Shown here: positions 8,893 to 17,764 of the stretch, in pieces
Layout: each line of letters begins with the position of its first letter
How positions within the stretch are numbered: position 1 is the first letter of the stretch
DNA from: a virus
Strand: one strand, 5' to 3'
Virus record (IMG/VR): IMGVR_UViG_3300027733_000049
Coordinates: 1-64,000 of that record
Length of the DNA: 64,000 bases
Program-made: the position numbers and the translations under genes
The notes under the pieces: generated by a model
Databases searched by the model: none
What the model was told of the DNA's origin: nothing
The model's input: the letters and a program-made list of their open reading frames with translations, nothing else

Positions 8893-9860
8893 TGCCAAGT
8901 TATTCAGGTGTATGGACACTCCCTGCTCAGTACCAAGCCAAGGGCTTGAACAATTGGCCTGCGCCACCTTTGTACCGTGGGTTGTTTGCTGGTAATCAAA
9001 ACAGCAATCGCAACGTCATTCAATACATTGACATTACCACAACAGGGAATGCTACGTCTTTTGGTGCGCTTACTGCAAACAATGATTCAATGGCGGGTTG
9101 TGGCTCTTCCGTGCGTGGTGTTTTTGGCGGTGGTAATGCTGATGCTGGGGTTGTAAACACAATTCAATATGTAACTTTTGCCGCAACAGGAAATGCTACA
9201 AGTTTTGGACAATTATCAACTACCGCACGATTGTTGGCCGCTGGAAATAATTCTACTCGTGGTGTGTTTGGTGGGGGCTTAGATAGTGGCAGCTCTGTTT
9301 TAACTGCAATGAACTACATTACTATTGGAACTACAGGTAACAGCACTTCATTTGGAACACTGGGTAGCGCAGCATATCAATTAGCCGCTGTTTCTTCTCC
9401 TACAAGAATTGTTTTTGGTGGTGGATATAACAACGGTTTTAGCCCATTTGGTGTGATGCAGTACATTACAACTGCAACAACTGGAAACACTACGTCTTTT
9501 GGCACTCTTAGCCCATCACGAGGCGCACTTGCTGGTTGTTCTTCTAGCACAAGAGGTCTTTTTGGTGGCGGTACTGACGGTAGCATAACTGCATACAACA
9601 CGATTAGCTACATTACGATTGCTACTACTGGAAATACAACATCTTTTGGCAACATGACAACCACTGCTTATTATTTAGCCGCTTGTTCTTCAGAGCTTCG
9701 AGGTGTATTTGCGGGTGGCAAAAACGACAGCAATACCGAATTAAACATTATTGGTTACGTTACGATTGCATCCACTGGCAATGGAACATCTTTTGGTTCA
9801 CTTACTAGCGCAGATGCCCGGCAAGCTGGTTGCTCTAGCTGTGGCGGAGGAGTTCAATAA
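8892..9860 (+). CDS. Kelch-like repeat protein 2
   Basis: Six ~47-aa RGxFxGG...YITIATTGNxTSFG repeats. Confidence 0.7.
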   Translation: MPSYSGVWTLPAQYQAKGLNNWPAPPLYRGLFAGNQNSNRNVIQYIDITTTGNATSFGALTANNDSMAGCGSSVRGVFGGGNADAGVVNTIQYVTFAATGNATSFGQLSTTARLLAAGNNSTRGVFGGGLDSGSSVLTAMNYITIGTTGNSTSFGTLGSAAYQLAAVSSPTRIVFGGGYNNGFSPFGVMQYITTATTGNTTSFGTLSPSRGALAGCSSSTRGLFGGGTDGSITAYNTISYITIATTGNTTSFGNMTTTAYYLAACSSELRGVFAGGKNDSNTELNIIGYVTIASTGNGTSFGSLTSADARQAGCSSCGGGVQ

Positions 9861-10891
9861 TGTCTAAACAATGGCCTGCTGGCATCATCACCCCAACCCC
9901 TGCAACTCCAACAGGGCCGTATCAAAACGGAGCGGCTCCCGGTGTATGGACAATAGGGCAAGCGGCCTTTTGGGTTAAACAAGGTTTGTGGCCGATTGCT
10001 GGTAATGCAGAACCTGTGTGGTATGGAAGTAGGGGCGTGTTTGGTGGAGGTTATAACAACGTCGCAAATGCTTCTACTAATGCAGTAAGTTATATAACAA
10101 TTGCTACCACAGGTAATTCTGCTACTTTTGGTCAATTAACTGTTGCACGATATTCACTTGGAGCCTGCTCCAACGGAAGTAGAGGGGTATTTGCTGGCGG
10201 TTACTCAAGTGCAAATACTAATACTTTAGACTATATAACAATTTCTTCTACAGGTAACGCCACTACTTTTGGCATATTGACTGTTTCACGTACTTATATA
10301 GGTGGTTGCTCTAATAATACTCGTGGCGTGTTTGGTGCTGGGGATAATGTGTCGGGTAGGCAGAGCGTTATAGACTATATAACAATCGCGACAACTGGTA
10401 ATGCTACAAACTTTGGCAATCTTTCTAGTGCTCGTTATGCTCCAGCCGCTTGTGCTAGTGAAACTAGAGGTGTGTGGGGTGGCGGCAATACAGGTTCGGG
10501 TACTAATATCATAGACTACGTAACACTTGCTACAACAGGCAACTCTACTAGCTTTGGACAGTTAACAGCCGCTCGTGACTATGTAACCGCTTCTTCTAGC
10601 AAAACCAGAGGTGTGTTTGGGGGCGGGTATACTGGCACTACGCAGTCAAACACAATTGATTACATAACAATTGCTTCCGCAGGGAATGCTACTTCTTTTG
10701 GTACTTTAACTGCCGCACGTTCTCAACCAGCAGGTTGTTCTGACGGAAGCCGAGGTGTATTTGGTGGGGGCGACCCTACCGGTGTAGGGAATATCATAGA
10801 TTATGTCACTATCGCCACTACAGGAAACGCTACAAGTTTTGGTACTATGACGCCTTCTACTGGTGGCCAAGGCGCTTGTTCTGGTAGTTAA
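9860..10891 (+). CDS. Kelch-like repeat protein 3
   Basis: Six repeats of the same family. Confidence 0.7.
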   Translation: MSKQWPAGIITPTPATPTGPYQNGAAPGVWTIGQAAFWVKQGLWPIAGNAEPVWYGSRGVFGGGYNNVANASTNAVSYITIATTGNSATFGQLTVARYSLGACSNGSRGVFAGGYSSANTNTLDYITISSTGNATTFGILTVSRTYIGGCSNNTRGVFGAGDNVSGRQSVIDYITIATTGNATNFGNLSSARYAPAACASETRGVWGGGNTGSGTNIIDYVTLATTGNSTSFGQLTAARDYVTASSSKTRGVFGGGYTGTTQSNTIDYITIASAGNATSFGTLTAARSQPAGCSDGSRGVFGGGDPTGVGNIIDYVTIATTGNATSFGTMTPSTGGQGACSGS

Positions 10892-10913
10892 AAATTTATA
10901 ACAGGAGAAATCT

Positions 10914-11732
10914 TTGAACGATCTAGCACTGCAAAACATCTCAACCGCTCTGACTACAACCAAGCCAGAGTACAACGTCATGTTGCAAAACATTGACGCT
11001 AAATTGCCAGCCGTCCTCAAAGGGGCGTCGAACTTCTACAAGGGTCATTCCCAGTTCATGAACGTCACACTTGATGTGACCACACTGACACCCTTGCGTT
11101 CCATTTATCAATCGCTGGCTGAGATTGAGCAGACCAAGAATGCTCTGCAAGAGAACCACATCAAGATGATGAAGACCGATGTTGAGCGTCGCCGCAAAGA
11201 AGCAAAGCTGGCTGAAACCACTGATCCGTTTGACCGTGAGTTGCTAGAGCTTGAGATTCTGGAAGCCAAGTCTGGCGCTGTGAACACCCAGAACTACATG
11301 GAAGGTGCAGTGCGTAAGCTGAACTTCTTCATGAACCAGTACGACAACATCCTCAAGAAGATTGGCAAAACCGAGATTACTGAGGAAGACTACGAGTTGG
11401 AAGAGAAGCGGTATCACGTTATGACCTGCATGAAGCAAGGATTGAACGCCGCTCGTGCGCGTGGTGGTGTGATTGACGAAGGCAACATGATTTACTTGTT
11501 TGACTTGGGTATTAACGCCGCTCAAGCGCAAGCCGAAGTCTTTGCCTACCTGACGATGGAAAACGAGATGATCTCCAATGGTCAACCCCCTACGCATGAA
11601 ATGACTGTCCAGTGGTTAGAAGCCTGCGCCGACAAGTTCCAAGACTGTGCCGAAAAGTTTGCCGCTAACCGTGGCTTTGTGGTGCTGGATCGCCAGTCAT
11701 TGACCAACACTCAGTTGTTGGAGTCCAAATAA
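10914..11732 (+). CDS. Conserved helical/coiled-coil protein
   Basis: TTG start with SD AGGAG; heptad-like central region. Confidence 0.6.
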   Translation: MNDLALQNISTALTTTKPEYNVMLQNIDAKLPAVLKGASNFYKGHSQFMNVTLDVTTLTPLRSIYQSLAEIEQTKNALQENHIKMMKTDVERRRKEAKLAETTDPFDRELLELEILEAKSGAVNTQNYMEGAVRKLNFFMNQYDNILKKIGKTEITEEDYELEEKRYHVMTCMKQGLNAARARGGVIDEGNMIYLFDLGINAAQAQAEVFAYLTMENEMISNGQPPTHEMTVQWLEACADKFQDCAEKFAANRGFVVLDRQSLTNTQLLESK

Positions 11733-12439
11733 TGCACTTAGTCATTGGTACACCAATGTATGGTGGGATGTGCTGTAGCGAGTACACACAGTCCCTGCTT
11801 CAGTTACAGAGTGACATGGAGCGAAACGGCCACAAGATGACCTGCGTATTTTTGGGCAATGAGTCTTTGATTCAACGCGCCCGTAATACAGTGGCCCACC
11901 ATTTCTTACAGACTGATGCAAGCCATCTTTTGTTTATTGACGCTGACCAAAAGTTTCGCCCAGTAGATATTGTCAAGATGATCCAAGCAGATAAGGACAT
12001 CATTGCTGGCTGCGTTCCCATGAAGGGCATCAACTGGACTCGGGTGCGTCAGGGCGCTGTGTTAAACCACAAAGAACTGCACAAGCTAACTGGTATCTTT
12101 AATATCAATCCGCTGGAAGGCCACAAGATGGTTCATCCAGAAGAGCCGTTCCAAGTCAAACATGCTGGCACAGGATTTATGTTGATTAAACGTGAGGTTT
12201 TTGAGACACTCAAGCCATACTCTGCCGTTTACACAAATGGTGGGCAGTCCATCCCTGATGGCGAAGAGGTCTATGACTTTTTCCCTGTGGGCGTGACTGA
12301 TGGTAAGTTGTTATCAGAGGATTTTAATTTCTGCCACCTTTACCGCGAACACGGTGGCACTGTTTGGGCCGCACCTTGGTGTGAACTTGGACATTTTGGT
12401 TCGTATCTTTTCAGTGGGCAATACTCACAAGGAGCATGA
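11732..12439 (+). CDS. GT-A fold glycosyltransferase
   Basis: IGTPMYGG, ESLIQRARN, DxD motif LFIDAD, GTGFMLIKR, LSEDFNFC, LGHFG. Confidence 0.75.
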   Translation: MHLVIGTPMYGGMCCSEYTQSLLQLQSDMERNGHKMTCVFLGNESLIQRARNTVAHHFLQTDASHLLFIDADQKFRPVDIVKMIQADKDIIAGCVPMKGINWTRVRQGAVLNHKELHKLTGIFNINPLEGHKMVHPEEPFQVKHAGTGFMLIKREVFETLKPYSAVYTNGGQSIPDGEEVYDFFPVGVTDGKLLSEDFNFCHLYREHGGTVWAAPWCELGHFGSYLFSGQYSQGA

Positions 12440-12440
12440 C

Positions 12441-12782
12441 ATGGCACGTCAAATGATGAAATACCGCCTGACAGCCGAAGGCACAATTCCAGACTTCCTA
12501 TACCTTGGCGAAGATGGTGTAGGTGGTGTTTATGGTGTTGCTGACCCTGCAACCCCTTGGCCTCGTGACTTGGTGCAAGTTGGCATCACAAACGATAACG
12601 CTACTGGCGATTTTGAGGTCATCCCAACCAAAGCTGACCTGTTGGCGTATTTGACATCAGTTAGCGGAAGCTGGACACAGCGCGATCCAGCGAACCCCGG
12701 CGATCCAAATGCCACCATTCCTTTTGATCCTTCAGCCGCTACAGACTGGGCATGGGGTCGTTTAGACGCTCTTAACGCCTAA
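12441..12782 (+). CDS. Hypothetical protein
   Basis: Start refined to ATG 12441 after AAGGAG. Confidence 0.6.
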   Translation: MARQMMKYRLTAEGTIPDFLYLGEDGVGGVYGVADPATPWPRDLVQVGITNDNATGDFEVIPTKADLLAYLTSVSGSWTQRDPANPGDPNATIPFDPSAATDWAWGRLDALNA

Positions 12783-12791
12783 TCATGCGTA

Positions 12792-13079
12792 ATGCGCTGG
12801 CTCCTTCTGTTACTGCTGTTGGGGCTAGTGGGAGCCGTAGCCAAGAACGGGTGTTACGTTCGGGAGTTCTATGGAATAGGTTACACATTTCACAACCCGA
12901 CCGAGCGACACCAAGAGATGGTAGCGTGGCTAGGCAAAAATGCGCCCTACTGCAAGTCAACGGATTACGTGGTGATTTACAACAATCTGAGCGAATGGGC
13001 GGGGACAGCAGACTCAACAAAGATTAGAGAATTAGTCATACACGGATACAAAGAGGCACTTGAGCGTGAAAAAAAATGA
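12792..13079 (+). CDS. Exported small protein with signal peptide (candidate antiholin)
   Basis: MRWLLLLLLLGLVGAVA signal sequence; two Cys in the mature part; start of the lysis region. Confidence 0.55.
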   Translation: MRWLLLLLLLGLVGAVAKNGCYVREFYGIGYTFHNPTERHQEMVAWLGKNAPYCKSTDYVVIYNNLSEWAGTADSTKIRELVIHGYKEALEREKK

Positions 13080-13312
13080 TCGAGACAATCAGATTATTCC
13101 CAACTGTTCAAGCGTCAGGGTATCCAGACATGCACGACCTTGCCCAGAAGAAGCTGGAGAAACAGCATGAAATTAACAAGGCTCTTGAGCTTGCCAAGCA
13201 AAAGCAGGTGCAGTTACAAGACATAGGTTTTGAGATTTACTGTAAGAAGGTAACGCAAGAGCGCATCCGTATGGAAATATTTACCAACCGCAAACTGGAC
13301 GTATACGCATAA
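13076..13312 (+). CDS. Hypothetical soluble protein
   Basis: Overlap-coupled with both neighbours. Confidence 0.5.
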   Translation: MIETIRLFPTVQASGYPDMHDLAQKKLEKQHEINKALELAKQKQVQLQDIGFEIYCKKVTQERIRMEIFTNRKLDVYA

Positions 13313-14016
13313 TGGTTACAAAAAAAGCCCCAGCCAAGGTAGCGCCAGTCAAACGGCGTACACCTAAACCCAAGGTAGAAGTCGTTGCCGCCCCTGCGCC
13401 CAAACCTGAAGTCAAGAAAGATGACTCTACCATTGGTAAAGTAATCGGTTTAATTGAATGGGTGGACAATCCATTCAAGCTGTTTACAGTCATCTTGTTG
13501 TCGTTCTTGTTCTTTGCTGGGTACTTTGCTTGGGATTCCCGCACAGTCATCTTGAACGCCATAACAAGCTCAAGTCACCAGCCACAGCTTAAAGAGATCA
13601 AGGTGTTAGAGCACGTAGCTCAAAAGCTACAAAAAGACTTAGAAGCTGAAACGGTGTTGGTTCACAAAGTAACGCTTGTTGTAAATAGCAGGGTTACGCT
13701 ACTTGCGTATGGCCCAAAGGGTCGAGACACCACATTGGATGGCTATAACTCCACTCTGTTTGGCAAAGATGCTACCCGTAATGCCGCCGTCATTGCCATG
13801 ATGAATGGTGAAGTTCATTGCGATAAACTGGTTGTCTCTGGTAAAACATCCGATTGGGAAGAAAAACAAGGTGTAGGCTTTATCTGCCGTGGCAGTATCC
13901 CGCCTGAGATGGGCGCATTTGAAGGTTATATCTCTGTGGGCTTTACCAAAGAACCGCAAGACCTTGGCGCTGTTAAAACCCGTATCAACCTAGCTGCTAC
14001 AGAAATGGCTAAATAA
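13312..14016 (+). CDS. Single-TM membrane protein with C-terminal GAF-like domain (T4 T-holin-like architecture)
   Basis: Basic N-terminus, one TM (LFTVILLSFLFFAGYFAW), C-terminal FICRGSIPP...FEGYISVGF followed by a helix. Confidence 0.5.
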   Translation: MVTKKAPAKVAPVKRRTPKPKVEVVAAPAPKPEVKKDDSTIGKVIGLIEWVDNPFKLFTVILLSFLFFAGYFAWDSRTVILNAITSSSHQPQLKEIKVLEHVAQKLQKDLEAETVLVHKVTLVVNSRVTLLAYGPKGRDTTLDGYNSTLFGKDATRNAAVIAMMNGEVHCDKLVVSGKTSDWEEKQGVGFICRGSIPPEMGAFEGYISVGFTKEPQDLGAVKTRINLAATEMAK

Positions 14017-14025
14017 GGAGTAATC

Positions 14026-14520
14026 ATGCTTGATATTTTATCTGGGGGCTTAATGGGTTCCATCTTTGGTGGGCTGTTTCGTATGGCCCCCGAGGTGCTG
14101 AAGTTTTTTGACAAGAAAAATGAGCGCCAGCATGAGCTTGCTATGTTTGCCCGTCAATGCGAACTAGAAACACTTCGTGGTCAGCAGAAGTTGGCTGAGA
14201 TTGGGGCACAGCGGGAAGCCGCTATGGACGTTGGTGTCATGGATGCCTTCAATAACGCCATCACTCAACAAGCCGAAATGGTCAAAGCCGCAGGCGGTTG
14301 GGTAGCTAGTCTTTCAGCTTCCGTGCGTCCCGTGGTCACATACTGGGTGCTGTTTGTTTGGTCGTTCATTCACGTATGGTTTGCATGGAACGCATGGGTT
14401 GCTGGTGCGCCTGCTGTAGAAGTGTTTAAGACCATGATGACCCCTGACTTTTCAGCCCTGCTGTCTGGAACTATCAATTATTGGTTCCTTGATAGAACTC
14501 TGAAGCAACGCGGAATATGA
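14026..14520 (+). CDS. Holin, GTA 3TM-like family
   Basis: WV..L.ASVRPVVTY motif, TM segments, YWFLDR near C-terminus, adjacent to endolysin. Confidence 0.65.
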   Translation: MLDILSGGLMGSIFGGLFRMAPEVLKFFDKKNERQHELAMFARQCELETLRGQQKLAEIGAQREAAMDVGVMDAFNNAITQQAEMVKAAGGWVASLSASVRPVVTYWVLFVWSFIHVWFAWNAWVAGAPAVEVFKTMMTPDFSALLSGTINYWFLDRTLKQRGI

Positions 14521-14960
14521 ACCTAGAACTAGCCGCTGAACTGTGCCGCCGGTATGAAGGATATCGGGCCAAGCCCTATCTTTGTCCGGCTGGTGTAGCT
14601 ACGATTGGCTACGGCTCTACCTACTACGCAGATAAACGCAAGGTGACTTTGGAAGACGCTCCGATGGATGAACCCACGGCTAGGGCGCTTTTGATGATTG
14701 AGCTTGAGCACACGTACCTGCCCGGAGTTCTGCGTAACTGCCCCGGCCTGATTACGGACGTTCGTAAGTGCAATGCCATCGTAGATTTCTGCTATAACTT
14801 GGGCACAGGACGCTTGCAAACAAGCACGTTAAAGAGGAAAATCAATGCCAATGATTGGGAAGGGGCAAAAGAACAACTGATGCTCTGGACTAAAGGTGGC
14901 GGCAAGGTATTGCCGGGCTTGTTAAAACGCCGCACGGCTGAGTGCGCACTGCTGGACTAA
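14517..14960 (+). CDS. Endolysin, GH24 lysozyme
   Basis: EGYRAKPYLCPAGVATIGYG, F.YNLG.G.LQTSTL.RKIN, W.K.GGKVLPGL.KRR.AE. Confidence 0.9.
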   Translation: MNLELAAELCRRYEGYRAKPYLCPAGVATIGYGSTYYADKRKVTLEDAPMDEPTARALLMIELEHTYLPGVLRNCPGLITDVRKCNAIVDFCYNLGTGRLQTSTLKRKINANDWEGAKEQLMLWTKGGGKVLPGLLKRRTAECALLD

Positions 14961-14962
14961 AA

Positions 14963-17080
14963 ATGCCATTACAAAAAATACTGTTCAAACCGGGTGTGAA
15001 CAAAGAGAACACTCGCTACACCAATGAAGGTGGCTGGTACGAAGCCGACAAGGTTCGTTTTCGTCAGGGTAATCCCGAAGTTGTTGGTGGATGGGAGCCT
15101 TACTCTGCGGCTACGTACCAAGGCGTATGCCGGTCTTTATGGAATTGGGTAACGCTAGGTGGCAATAATTTAATTGGCGTTGGCACAAACCTCAAGTTCT
15201 ATCTAAACCAAGGCGGGTTGTATAACGACATCACACCTATTCGGGCATCTAGCACAATTAACAACAACCCGTTTGCAGCTACAAATGGCTCTGCCACAAT
15301 CACAGTAACAGATACAAGTCATGGCGCTATTACAGGTGATTTTGTTACGTTCAGTGGGGCTGTTAGTCTTGGTGGAAACATTACAGCTACGGTGTTAAAC
15401 GCTGAGTATCAAATAACAGTTCTTACTGCAAACACATACACATTCACAGCGTCAGCTACAGCCAATGCAACGGATGCTTCTGGTTCTCCCGGTGGCGGTG
15501 CTTCTGTTGTAGCCGCATATCAGGTCAGTGTTGGCCCCGCTATTCCTGTTGCAATTATAGGTTGGGGCGCTGGTACTTGGGGTCAGACGGCTACAACGTG
15601 GGGCAACGGCGGTACATCTACATCAGCGCTACGTTTGTGGAACCAAATTAACTATGGCCAAGATTTAGTGTACGGCCCCCGCACAGGTGGCATTTACTAC
15701 TGGACTGCCAACAACGGCGTCACTACCCGTGGGGTTCTTTTAAACTCGCTTGGCGGTAATGTTTCGTTTACAAGCGCTTCTCCTACAGTTGTAACCTCAA
15801 CTGTTCTATATACCGAAGGCGCGGCGCTTCAGTTTGCTGCTACTACATCTTTACCCACAGGTATCTCTGCGGCTACAACATACTACGTGTTTGAAGTTAA
15901 TGGGTTGACGTTCAAACTGCTTGATGCAGCGGGGGCAGCAGTTAATACATCTTCCACAGGCACGGGTGTATATGTGTCTTTGATTGTGGATGTGCCGACT
16001 GTGCAAAACAATTTCACGGTGTCTGACAGTTCGCGTTTTGTAATTGCATTTGGCTGTAACGATTATGGCTCAAACGTGCTTGACCCTATGCTGATCCGCT
16101 GGTCAGCGCAAGACGACATCTATAACTGGACACCTGACCCTACCAATCAGGCAGGGTTTATACGTATTTCTCACGGCTCTGAAATTGTAGGCGTTGTACA
16201 AACTCGTCAAGAAATTGTGATGTTTACCGACTCAGCTGTGTACTCACTCCAGTACCTTGGCCCCCCGTACGTGTGGGTACCGCAGTTGCTTGGCGACAAC
16301 ATCTCTATTATGAGTCCTAACTCGGCTGTGATTGCTTCGGGCGTTGTGTACTGGATGGGCGTAGATAAATTCTACGTCTACGATGGCCGCGTCAATACGC
16401 TTAATTGTGACTTGCGCCGTTACGTATTCCAAGATTTAAACCAAGAGCAGGCATTACAAGTATTCTCTGGCACCAACGAAGGCTTTAATGAGGTCTGGTG
16501 GTTCTACTGCTCGGCTAATAGCACTGCGGTTGACAGGTACGTTATTTACAATTACCAAGAAAAAATCTGGTACTACGGCACTATGTCTCGGACTGCTTGG
16601 CTTGACTCTGGGTTACAGGATGTTCCTATTGCGGCAAACTACGTCACGGCTTCGCTCACGGGTAACCTGATTAACCACGAAACAGGCTTAAATGACAATA
16701 CGTCCGGCACTGCTACTGCAATTGATGCTTACATTAGCTCGTCTGAGTTTGACATTGGTGACGGCCATAACTTTGGTTTTGTGTGGCGCGTTTTACCTGA
16801 CTTAAGTTTTGAGAACGCTACTAACACTCCTGCCGCTGTTGCTCCACGGGTAACCATGACGCTGTACGGTTTGAATAACTCAGGCTCTGGAACGACAAGC
16901 AGTGCTAACGGCACAGTTGTAAAGGGTAGCACGTACGTGATTACCGAAGAATTTACAGGCCAGATATTTACCCGCATGCGCGGTCGCCAGATGATCTTTA
17001 AGATTAGCTCAAATCAAGTTAACACTTGTTGGCAACTGGGTGCTCCCCGTATTGACATCAGACCAGACGGCAGACGTTAA
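14963..17080 (+). CDS. Tail nozzle / head-closure (stabilisation) protein with FCCH-like inserts
   Basis: Start refined to MPLQKILFKPG; beta-propeller-like IRWSAQDD, VYWMG.DKFY.YDG, FNEVWWFY; ends IRPDGRR. Confidence 0.6.
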   Translation: MPLQKILFKPGVNKENTRYTNEGGWYEADKVRFRQGNPEVVGGWEPYSAATYQGVCRSLWNWVTLGGNNLIGVGTNLKFYLNQGGLYNDITPIRASSTINNNPFAATNGSATITVTDTSHGAITGDFVTFSGAVSLGGNITATVLNAEYQITVLTANTYTFTASATANATDASGSPGGGASVVAAYQVSVGPAIPVAIIGWGAGTWGQTATTWGNGGTSTSALRLWNQINYGQDLVYGPRTGGIYYWTANNGVTTRGVLLNSLGGNVSFTSASPTVVTSTVLYTEGAALQFAATTSLPTGISAATTYYVFEVNGLTFKLLDAAGAAVNTSSTGTGVYVSLIVDVPTVQNNFTVSDSSRFVIAFGCNDYGSNVLDPMLIRWSAQDDIYNWTPDPTNQAGFIRISHGSEIVGVVQTRQEIVMFTDSAVYSLQYLGPPYVWVPQLLGDNISIMSPNSAVIASGVVYWMGVDKFYVYDGRVNTLNCDLRRYVFQDLNQEQALQVFSGTNEGFNEVWWFYCSANSTAVDRYVIYNYQEKIWYYGTMSRTAWLDSGLQDVPIAANYVTASLTGNLINHETGLNDNTSGTATAIDAYISSSEFDIGDGHNFGFVWRVLPDLSFENATNTPAAVAPRVTMTLYGLNNSGSGTTSSANGTVVKGSTYVITEEFTGQIFTRMRGRQMIFKISSNQVNTCWQLGAPRIDIRPDGRR

Positions 17081-17730
17081 TGACAACAAACAACCGGATT
17101 ATTAACCCAGCGCCTCCTAACCTGCCGCTGAGCACGGATCAGTATGACCGCCGCTATCAAGATCAGTTTTTAAATATCCTGCGTTTGTACTTTAACCAGC
17201 TACAAAACTCTTTGACAGAACTGCTGGGCAACACAGGCGGCAAATACATTGCGTTTCCTTACGGGGCGTTTCAAGATTCCACAGATCAAACAGCCGCTAG
17301 CACAACTGTTGCCTATCCGGTCACATTTAACACCACAGACTTTTCAAATGGTGTGACTGTAGCCAGCAATAGCAAAATTACTGTGGCTTATGCTGGAATA
17401 TGGAACTTACAGTTTTCCATTCAACTGACAAACACTACAAACGCTTCTCAAGACGTAGACATTTGGTTTCGGGTCAATGGCACAAACGTGGCTAATTCAA
17501 ACAGCCGTTTTGGTTTAGCCGCAAGAAAATCTCCCGGTGATCCATACCACATTATTGCGGCGCTTAATTATTTTGTAAGTTTAAATGCAACTGACTATGT
17601 TGAGATAGTGTGGAGAACGACTGATACGGGTGTTTCTATTGAGCAATATCCCGCCAGTGCCAGCCCCACACGACCAGCAATTCCATCAGCCATTGCCACA
17701 CTTTCGTTTGTGTCTGCGCTCCCAGCATGA
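17080..17730 (+). CDS. Tail-associated protein (LRLYFNQL motif plus C1q-like domain)
   Basis: N-terminal helix LRLYFNQL; C-terminal YGAF...AGIWNLQFSIQ...DYVEIVW. Confidence 0.55.
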   Translation: MTTNNRIINPAPPNLPLSTDQYDRRYQDQFLNILRLYFNQLQNSLTELLGNTGGKYIAFPYGAFQDSTDQTAASTTVAYPVTFNTTDFSNGVTVASNSKITVAYAGIWNLQFSIQLTNTTNASQDVDIWFRVNGTNVANSNSRFGLAARKSPGDPYHIIAALNYFVSLNATDYVEIVWRTTDTGVSIEQYPASASPTRPAIPSAIATLSFVSALPA

Positions 17731-17736
17731 TATTAT
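17708..17736 (+). promoter_or_regulatory. Putative sigma70-type late promoter
   Basis: TTGTGT-17 nt-TATTAT with TGn extension, upstream of the ejection gene at 17765. Confidence 0.45.
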
Positions 17737-17764
17737 TAAATAACCCCCATTTTGAGAGGCAAAA

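Noticed and set aside
7687-10891. Diversity-generating retroelement acting on the repeat proteins
   Set aside because: No reverse transcriptase and no adenine-specific template/variable repeat pair seen; the similarity is ordinary paralogy.
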